Of a stretch of 64,000 nucleotides of DNA, positions 57,571 through 64,000 are shown piece after piece. Position 1 is the stretch's first letter. Each line of letters begins with the position of its first letter. Origin of the DNA: Dehalococcoidia bacterium (GTDB taxonomy: Bacteria > Chloroflexota > Dehalococcoidia > GIF9 > UBA5629); contig PLME01000011.1 in NCBI GenBank assembly GCA_003142375.1, positions 81,475-145,474 on the forward strand. Direction: 5' to 3'. Made by a program: the position numbers and the translations under genes. The notes beneath the pieces are model-generated. The model made no database searches. It was not told the origin of the DNA and worked only from the letters and a program-made list of their open reading frames with translations.

Positions 57571-57634
57571 CCCCGATTTGGTGGGTATGCGCTGTTTTGC
57601 AGCGTGACCATAATTAATCGAATAAGGAGGTACC

Positions 57635-59779
57635 ATGATACAAATTCCCCCAATCTTTTGGATCGTTCCTGTTGCCGGTGTACTGACACTTGCGTTCGCC
57701 GCATGGCTGATCGTAAGTATCATGCGCAAACCTACAGGCACTCCAAAGATGAAAGAAATTGGCGACATGATTTTCGAGGGTGCGTGGGCGTTCCTTAAGA
57801 GGCAGTACAGCACGATCGCAATTTATTCCGTGGTCGTGGCTATCGTTCTCGGCATTATCGTAGGTCTACTGCCAGCTGAGGGAGCACTTCAAAAAGCCGG
57901 CTATGATGCCATATCGATCGGCTGGCATACAGCTCTGGCATTCCTGGTCGGCGCCATTTGTTCAGGCGTAGCCGGGTTTATCGGCATGTACATCGCAGTT
58001 AAATCCAACGTACGCTGCGCTGCCGCTGCTCAGAAGAATCTTACAGAGGCAGTGAACGTTGCCCTGCGCGGCGGTGCCGTATCCGGTTTCCTCATCACAG
58101 CACTCAGCCTGATCGGCGTAACCGTAATCTTCTTTGCCTTTGGCGGTGCTAATACGCCCGAGCTTTCACCGCATTTGATCGTCGGCTTCGGCTTCGGCGC
58201 CAGCTTCGTGGCGTTGTTCGCACAGCTTGGCGGCGGTATCTATACCAAAGCTGCCGATATGGGCGCCGACCTCGTCGGCAAAGTCGAGGCTGGAATCCCT
58301 GAAGATGATCCCCGCAATGCCGCCGTTATCGCAGACCTCGTCGGCGACAACGTTGGCGACTGCGCCGGCCGTGGCGCCGACCTCTTTGAGTCAACGGCAG
58401 CCGAGAATATCGGCGCCATGATTCTGGGTATCGTAGCATATATTGCTACAGGCAATGTAGCATGGGTCCTCTTCCCCCTGTGTGTTCGTGGCTTTGGCAT
58501 GATTGCCAGCATGATCGGAATTATGGTCGTGCGCGCAAAGGAAAGCGAGAATGCCATGAACGCTCTCAATCGCGGTTACTTCGTGGCCATCGGCCTTTCC
58601 ATTATCGGCCTGGCAATCACGGTATACTTCATGCTTAACAACTGGTGGCTCTTTGGCGCCGGCATGGTTGGTATAATTGCCAGCATTGCCATCATCTATG
58701 TAACCCAATACTACACAGAGTCACGCTACAAGCCGGTCCAGGAGATCGCTGAGGCATCCAAGACCGGTCCTGCAACCAATATCGTCATGGGTATTGCAGT
58801 CGGTTTCGAAACTACTTTTGCTACTGCCATCGTCATCGGCACAGCCTTAATACTGGCCTACTGGTTCGGCCAGATGAGTGGAGTACTAGGTGGTGCTGCG
58901 TTCGGTACTGCAGTTGCCACCATGGGCATGCTCATGACCTGCCCTTACGTTCTATCGATGGATACCTTCGGCCCCATCACCGATAATGCCAACGGCATTA
59001 ACGAGATGGCAGGCGCCGGCAAAGAGATCCGCAAGATTACCGACAGGCTCGACGCCGTCGGCAATACCACCAAGGCGCTTACCAAGGGCTATGCCATGGT
59101 CTCCGCCGGCCTTGCTGCATTCCTGCTCTTCCAGGCCTACATGGACCGTGTAGCCTTCCTCAGGGGAGGAACCTTCGATTCCGTTAATATCGCGCGTATC
59201 GAGGTTTTCGTTGGCGCACTGCTTGCTGCCATGCTCGTTTTCCTGTTCAGTTCACTGGCCATCAAAGCAGTCGGCCGCACTGCCAGCAAAATCATCAACG
59301 CAGTCCGTGAACAGTTCAGGGCCCATCCGGGCATCATGGCTGGCACTGAAAAGCCCGACTATGGCGAGATCGTAGACATCACCGCCAAAGCCGGCCTGAG
59401 GGAAATGATCGCTCCCGCTTTGCTGCCGGTCCTCGCCCCGGTCGTAATCGGCCTTCTCTTCAAATATCTCTCTCCCAAATTCGACGCTGCTCAGGTCGTT
59501 GCGGGCGTGCTGATGGTCGGCACCATAGCCGGAATCATGCTGGCCTCCTTCATGAACAACGGCGGCGGCGCCTGGGATAATGCCAAAAAGATGATTGAAG
59601 ATGACCAGCTGAAAGACGATAAGGGCAACATCCTTGGCAAAGGTTCAGATGCTCACAAAGCTGCTGTGGTAGGAGATACCGTCGGTGATCCGCTCAAGGA
59701 CACTGCAGGACCTTCACTGCACGTGCTGGTAAAGCTTCTGGCCACCATCACCCTGGTACTCTGCCCGCTCTTCGTCTAG
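57635..59779 (+). CDS. hppA: membrane-bound proton-translocating pyrophosphatase
   Basis: The DNVGDCAGRGADLFES and GDTVGDPLKDTAGPSL signatures are present. The protein is 714 aa with about 16 TM helices. Confidence 0.9.
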   Translation: MIQIPPIFWIVPVAGVLTLAFAAWLIVSIMRKPTGTPKMKEIGDMIFEGAWAFLKRQYSTIAIYSVVVAIVLGIIVGLLPAEGALQKAGYDAISIGWHTALAFLVGAICSGVAGFIGMYIAVKSNVRCAAAAQKNLTEAVNVALRGGAVSGFLITALSLIGVTVIFFAFGGANTPELSPHLIVGFGFGASFVALFAQLGGGIYTKAADMGADLVGKVEAGIPEDDPRNAAVIADLVGDNVGDCAGRGADLFESTAAENIGAMILGIVAYIATGNVAWVLFPLCVRGFGMIASMIGIMVVRAKESENAMNALNRGYFVAIGLSIIGLAITVYFMLNNWWLFGAGMVGIIASIAIIYVTQYYTESRYKPVQEIAEASKTGPATNIVMGIAVGFETTFATAIVIGTALILAYWFGQMSGVLGGAAFGTAVATMGMLMTCPYVLSMDTFGPITDNANGINEMAGAGKEIRKITDRLDAVGNTTKALTKGYAMVSAGLAAFLLFQAYMDRVAFLRGGTFDSVNIARIEVFVGALLAAMLVFLFSSLAIKAVGRTASKIINAVREQFRAHPGIMAGTEKPDYGEIVDITAKAGLREMIAPALLPVLAPVVIGLLFKYLSPKFDAAQVVAGVLMVGTIAGIMLASFMNNGGGAWDNAKKMIEDDQLKDDKGNILGKGSDAHKAAVVGDTVGDPLKDTAGPSLHVLVKLLATITLVLCPLFV

Positions 59780-59804
59780 AAATAGACTTAGACTGCTGAT
59801 AAAA

Positions 59805-59842
59805 AAGGGGCAATCACCTGATAAAGGGATTGCCCCTTTTCT
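59805..59842. terminator. bidirectional terminator hairpin overlapping the 3' end of the MBL-fold gene
   Basis: AAGGGGCAATC pairs with GATTGCCCCTT across a 12-nt loop. An A-run precedes it and a T-run follows. The second arm encodes the C-terminal RGNPFIR of the minus-strand gene. Confidence 0.5.
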
Positions 59843-60437
59843 CATCCCCTATGGTGGTTTCAGGACCGTGCCCCGGGTAAACTATGGTGCTGTCGGGCAA
59901 TGTATAGAGCTTACTCTTAATACTGTGTTCCAACTGTTTGTAGCTGCATCCCGGAAAATCGGTGCGCCCTATGCCCTGATTAAAAAGGGTATCGCCGCTG
60001 AAAAGGATTCCGTGTCCGTATAAAGATATTTCATCGGGACAGTGACCCGGCGTAAACAGCACTTCAAAATGGAGGTCGTCTATATCTATTTTATCGCCTT
60101 CCTTTAATATCAGATCCGGTTCCGGAACCCTGGTCGAGCCCCCCGACATGGCGGCGACCAGCTTTACGAATGCACCCGGCGTCGTGGGTTCTGGCCCCGC
60201 TCCCACAGCGAACTTGGCGCCGGTAGCCTCTTTTAGAGCTTTGACGGCCCCGATATGATCGAAATGGGAATGGGTAACTACTATCAGGGCTACGGAGATA
60301 TCAAGGCTTTCGATCCTTTTCAATATCGTCTTCGACTCCCCTCCCGGGTCAACTATCATCCCTCTTTTAGACTTATCGGAAGCAACGATATAGCAATTGG
60401 TGGCGATAAATCCCACGGTAAGAGCCTCGAATATCAT
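59814..60437 (-). CDS. MBL-fold metallo-hydrolase (glyoxalase II-like)
   Basis: The HxHxDH motif (VVTHSHFDHIGA) and later His/Asp ligands are present. Confidence 0.75.
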   Translation of the reverse strand: MIFEALTVGFIATNCYIVASDKSKRGMIVDPGGESKTILKRIESLDISVALIVVTHSHFDHIGAVKALKEATGAKFAVGAGPEPTTPGAFVKLVAAMSGGSTRVPEPDLILKEGDKIDIDDLHFEVLFTPGHCPDEISLYGHGILFSGDTLFNQGIGRTDFPGCSYKQLEHSIKSKLYTLPDSTIVYPGHGPETTIGDEKRGNPFIR

Positions 60438-60543
60438 CTCTTAATCTCCTTAATATACAGGCTTAGCACATTTTACGGGCAACGTGAAAGACAACACCTA
60501 AAGTTTAATTATGCGTAGCGCAGCTGTCCACCGGCCGGTGGGA

Positions 60544-61494
60544 CTAAGTAGCCCTTATTTCTTCGCGCATAAACTTGATATACGCAATGGCAAAGCACAC
60601 CGCGGTCAGTGCAACCAGCGCCACTATTTGCGGCCAGACGATCAGCAGGCTCTGCGTCAGTGGGAGAGGGGTGGGAGTAAGCCCGGAATATATACCGATT
60701 ACCATCATGGTAGGGCTGCTGGTGCCCATTGAAGGCAGCAATATCGCTTGAATGCTCTCAGAATACAGGGTCCCGGGGGAAACCCTGCTGATCATCCTGA
60801 ATAAGTTGTCGAATTGCATTATATCGCTCACAGATGCGTTTTGTGTGCTTGTATGCAATACGGCGCCCGCGATTAAGGCCGCAATTAAACTCCCGAAAAG
60901 GAAAAGAAACATCCAGATTGCGATTGAGGTGAGGGCGGACGTTGATGTCTTTCTGAATAGTACGGAGAAAAGGATAGCCAGTGACATCCAGAAAGCTCCA
61001 TATAATATGCTGATGACTATAAATGTGAACAGGCGCAGTATTTCCTCGGCTTGCGGCGGGACGCCGATCATACGCAGGCCAAGGCCCGACACTAGTATGA
61101 CCATGGAAAATATCATTAAGGCCATCATAATCACGCCGGCCAGGAATTTACCGTTTATAACATCGTCACGATAAACAGGCTGTGCCAGCAGACGGCTCAG
61201 GTTACCACTTACCCGCTCGCTGTTGACGGCATCGAAGCCAAGGGCAATGCCGATTATGGGTATGAAGATCGACATGAAAAGCGGGAAGGAGAACGGATTA
61301 CTGCTGCCGGATGTTGTAAACAGATTAAGGAATATATATTTGGTTGAGTCATCCACGCTGGACCTGATATTTTGCGATGCGATATAGACCGTGGCTATCC
61401 CGGCCACATATATGAGTAAGAACAGGACAACAAACCTTTTGCTATTGAAGCAGTCCGACAGTTCCTTCCACAATATCTCTTTTAAGCCTGTCAT
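60544..61494 (-). CDS. ABC-2 type transporter permease
   Basis: It has six TM helices and a polytopic ABC-2 topology. It follows the ATPase gene with a 2-nt gap. Confidence 0.6.
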   Translation of the reverse strand: MTGLKEILWKELSDCFNSKRFVVLFLLIYVAGIATVYIASQNIRSSVDDSTKYIFLNLFTTSGSSNPFSFPLFMSIFIPIIGIALGFDAVNSERVSGNLSRLLAQPVYRDDVINGKFLAGVIMMALMIFSMVILVSGLGLRMIGVPPQAEEILRLFTFIVISILYGAFWMSLAILFSVLFRKTSTSALTSIAIWMFLFLFGSLIAALIAGAVLHTSTQNASVSDIMQFDNLFRMISRVSPGTLYSESIQAILLPSMGTSSPTMMVIGIYSGLTPTPLPLTQSLLIVWPQIVALVALTAVCFAIAYIKFMREEIRAT

Positions 61495-61496
61495 TT

Positions 61497-62441
61497 TTAC
61501 GACTCTCTAAAATATTTCATGTAGACTTCTTCGAGCTCGAATTCTTCAACCTTCATCTGGATTTTCAGCCCTGTGCATTTCAGTATGACCTGCTCCAGCT
61601 CTTTTTCCAGGTTGTCTTCCGCTTTCACAACCGTGCTGTCACCCACACATTCCACGCTGATAACCCCCGGTATTTTCATGATCTCTTCACTGACTTTGTC
61701 AGCCAGTTGGGCTACAGGCATTATGATATTGAATTGACCTTCGCGCAGCATCTCCCTGCCCAGCTTGTCGACAGGTCCCGAAGCCAACATCCTACCCTTG
61801 GAAAAAATACCGACCTGAGTGCATACTTTTTGTACCTGATGAAGCTGGTGCGAGGATATGAGAACCGTGACCTTCCGTTTAGCCATTTCTGTTATCAAAT
61901 TCAAAATCTGGTCCGTGCCCTCGGGATCGATTCCCGAAGTAGGCTCATCAAGAATTGCCACCCTGGGGTCTTTGATCATGACATCGGCAATGCCAAGGCG
62001 CTGTTTCATCCCGTGGGAGAACTTGCCCACCATTTGATCACCCTTATCTTTTAAACCGATGACCTCCAGCAATCCGTCGATTTTATCCTTTAGCAATGAC
62101 CCTGACAGCCCGTTGAGCCTGCCCGTATACTCCAGGTTTTCGCGGGCGGTCAGGTCGTCATAGAACCCTATTTTTTCCGGCATGTAGCCTACCACTTTTT
62201 TTACTTTAATGGGTTCACGGGCCGGATTATAGCCGATTACACTCACGGTTCCCGAAGTGGGCTCCGAAAATCCCATCAGCATCAAAATGGTTGTTGTTTT
62301 GCCGGCGCCGTTGGGACCCAGCAATCCGAATACCTCGCCCTCGGGCAGTTGCAGGTTCAGGCTGTCGACAGCCACGAACTTGCCATAGGCCTTGGTTAGA
62401 TTATGGGTTTCAATAACAAAATTGTTGCTCATAATCTCCAT
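61497..62441 (-). CDS. ABC transporter ATP-binding protein (ABC-2/DrrA-like)
   Basis: Walker A (GPNGAGKTT), signature (FSHGMKQRLGIA) and Walker B (AILDEPTSGID) are present. Confidence 0.85.
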   Translation of the reverse strand: MEIMSNNFVIETHNLTKAYGKFVAVDSLNLQLPEGEVFGLLGPNGAGKTTTILMLMGFSEPTSGTVSVIGYNPAREPIKVKKVVGYMPEKIGFYDDLTARENLEYTGRLNGLSGSLLKDKIDGLLEVIGLKDKGDQMVGKFSHGMKQRLGIADVMIKDPRVAILDEPTSGIDPEGTDQILNLITEMAKRKVTVLISSHQLHQVQKVCTQVGIFSKGRMLASGPVDKLGREMLREGQFNIIMPVAQLADKVSEEIMKIPGVISVECVGDSTVVKAEDNLEKELEQVILKCTGLKIQMKVEEFELEEVYMKYFRES

Positions 62442-63370
62442 TAGCGGCGGCCGAAGCGCATAAAGATGACAGCCAGGGCCAGTACTACCAGAATTACAAT
62501 GCCGACTCCAACCCAGCCCCAGATCGTGGGCGTAAGTACAGTAACCCTCATCTGCAAATTGGCGAACGCATATTTTGATTCAGGTTGAGCCTGTATCGTA
62601 ACCATATAATCACCTGAAATGGTTTTATCCGGGGGCCGGATCGTAACTTGGATTTCTTTAGTGTCTCCGGATTTAAAAGCGTCCAACTTATCGGGCTTGC
62701 AGGTAACAGTCCAGCCGCTGGGCCTGTCTTTGGCCAAACAGGTTATTTCAACGTTTTCAAGGTCACCCGATCCGGTATTGGTCAGGTCGACGGTCATATT
62801 ATTATCCTGTCCGGAAGTAGCCTCGGTATTCAGCCTCCCGTCAGGTGTGGACATCTTCATGTCATAATTGGCGGTAACAATGCCCTTGAGATCGATGCTG
62901 GCCTTGACGTCCCCCGAAATGGCCTGGAAAACGATGGGGTATTCACCGGGCGCCGGGGAACCGGTGGTAAATGGGCTTACCGTAAGTTTAATCGTGTCGC
63001 CGTACCCCTTGGTACCGTCAAGGCGGATGGCAGCTATTTCCTGCCCCTCACCATAGCCAGGATAGATTTTGTAAACGAAGCCGTCCGGCACCACGGCTTT
63101 CAAATCGAAGGTCTTGAATCCCGGTCCCTTGTAATTTAAGGTTACCGTAAAAGAATAGCTCAGCCCTGAATAGCCACTTACAACCGGGTACTGGCAGGTT
63201 AATTCCAAATTTTCGGCAGGTGCTGTATCGTTTTGTCCTGTATATCCGGCGGCCTCATACGATTTAAGGGATTGTGCCGCATTCACAGGGGTATTATTAA
63301 CAAAAGCTACCGATAGAATCGTAAATGTAAGAATGCATAATACGGCTATCTGAAGGACCTTTTTGACCAT
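62441..63370 (-). CDS. cell-surface protein with signal peptide, two Ig-like/NEW3-type beta domains and C-terminal TM anchor (COG1470-like)
   Basis: ATG 63370 follows a GGAGG RBS; the ORF track start is 63397. The signal peptide is VLCILTFTILSVAFVNNTPVNAA. The C-terminus has a hydrophobic helix followed by RFGRR. Confidence 0.5.
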   Translation of the reverse strand: MVKKVLQIAVLCILTFTILSVAFVNNTPVNAAQSLKSYEAAGYTGQNDTAPAENLELTCQYPVVSGYSGLSYSFTVTLNYKGPGFKTFDLKAVVPDGFVYKIYPGYGEGQEIAAIRLDGTKGYGDTIKLTVSPFTTGSPAPGEYPIVFQAISGDVKASIDLKGIVTANYDMKMSTPDGRLNTEATSGQDNNMTVDLTNTGSGDLENVEITCLAKDRPSGWTVTCKPDKLDAFKSGDTKEIQVTIRPPDKTISGDYMVTIQAQPESKYAFANLQMRVTVLTPTIWGWVGVGIVILVVLALAVIFMRFGRR

Positions 63371-63579
63371 GAACATACCTCCATCATTATAAAGCAATAC
63401 GTGTATTCAACGGATAGATAAACTGGCAAATACGTTAAACGAAAATATAATGTAGCTCAATATGATTTTAGTGTCAAATATTAGCAATTTATTCCAGACT
63501 CAGAGCCTTGATTTATTAGCTTGTTACAAATATACTAAAACAAAGCATCAAACATTCAATTTGAGAGGGAGGTGTCACC

Positions 63580-63834
63580 ATGGCAGAGGTCGAAGTTGGG
63601 ACTATTTCTGATTTCTTCGCTAAACCGGTTGTTGCCGCCGTCGAGCTAACCGCAGAGTTGAAGGTTGGTGATACTATTCATATCAAGGGCCATACTACGG
63701 ATATGGAAATGGTTGTCAGTTCGATGCAGATACATAATCAGATGGTGGAGACAGCTAAAGCAGGCGATGCCGTCGGCATCAAGGTATCCGATAAAGTACG
63801 GCACGGCGACAAAGTTTTCAAGGTAACTGAATAA
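63580..63834 (+). CDS. small beta-barrel protein (84 aa), translation-factor domain-2-like fold; unknown function
   Basis: A GAGGGAGG RBS precedes it. It is Gly/Val/Lys-rich with beta-barrel spacing (KVGDTIHIKG...KAGDAVGIKV...HGDKVFKV). Confidence 0.4.
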   Translation: MAEVEVGTISDFFAKPVVAAVELTAELKVGDTIHIKGHTTDMEMVVSSMQIHNQMVETAKAGDAVGIKVSDKVRHGDKVFKVTE

Positions 63835-63837
63835 ATA

Positions 63838-64000
63838 CTACGTCCCGAAGCTTTTCAGCAGGTTGGCCATCTCAATCGCACTGTTAGCTGCGGCGAATCC
63901 CCTGTTTCCTTCCTTGGCTCCTGCCCTTTCGATAGCCTGCTCAAGGTTATCCGCCGTGATGATTCCCTGAATCACCGGTATTCCCGTATCCAGGCTCAAT
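63838..64000 (-). CDS. ribH: 6,7-dimethyl-8-ribityllumazine synthase, partial (start beyond window end)
   Basis: The reverse-strand translation ends ...[50 protein letters not shown]. This matches the RibH C-terminus. Confidence 0.7.
   Translation of the reverse strand, partial: LSLDTGIPVIQGIITADNLEQAIERAGAKEGNRGFAAANSAIEMANLLKSFGT

Overview
This is a gene-dense (~90% coding) chromosomal segment of roughly 50% GC. From gene content (my inference, low confidence) it comes from a strictly anaerobic bacterium, possibly Chloroflexi/Dehalococcoidia-like or a similar anaerobe: it encodes OFOR, IOR, an H+-pyrophosphatase and ADP-forming acyl-CoA synthetase. I found no rRNA, CRISPR array, transposase, integrase or phage genes.

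Housekeeping genes:
- a 5'-truncated lexA at the left edge and a partial ribH at the right edge (stop inside window, start beyond it)
- dprA, topA, an M24 Xaa-Pro peptidase, efp
- tig and clpP, then aspS, tgt, a ctaB-like gene, sppA, ruvX, alaS, hppA
- four tRNAs: Pro-TGG, Arg-CCG, Ser-CGA and Ser-GGA

The accessory content is more interesting:
1. Three paralogous Liv-type ABC transporter cassettes, each next to an AMP-forming acyl-CoA ligase. One has an SCP2 protein; one is rearranged, with livG inverted.
2. A GYD–iorA–iorB–aminotransferase block, plus an ADP-forming acyl-CoA synthetase alpha subunit nearby. This suggests an arylpyruvate/arylacetate module.
3. A tightly packed minus-strand operon in which a four-subunit 2-oxoacid:ferredoxin oxidoreductase (fused gamma-delta, alpha, beta) runs straight into a NuoE-like, HndC-type NuoF-like and short NuoG-N-terminal-like flavoprotein module. 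No hydrogenase or FDH catalytic subunit is present. The NuoF-like gene carries an in-frame TAG and lacks the canonical PPFPA loop.
4. A winged-HTH/Fe-S fusion protein followed by a promoter-proximal array of GTAC palindromes.
5. A convergent, 3'-overlapping pair of TetR paralogues.
6. Tandem FmdB-type zinc-ribbon ORFs.
7. A translin-family gene overlapped by an upstream unknown ORF.
8. A COG1470-like surface protein with an ABC-2 exporter.

Every product call below comes from recognising motifs in the supplied translations by eye. No database search was run.
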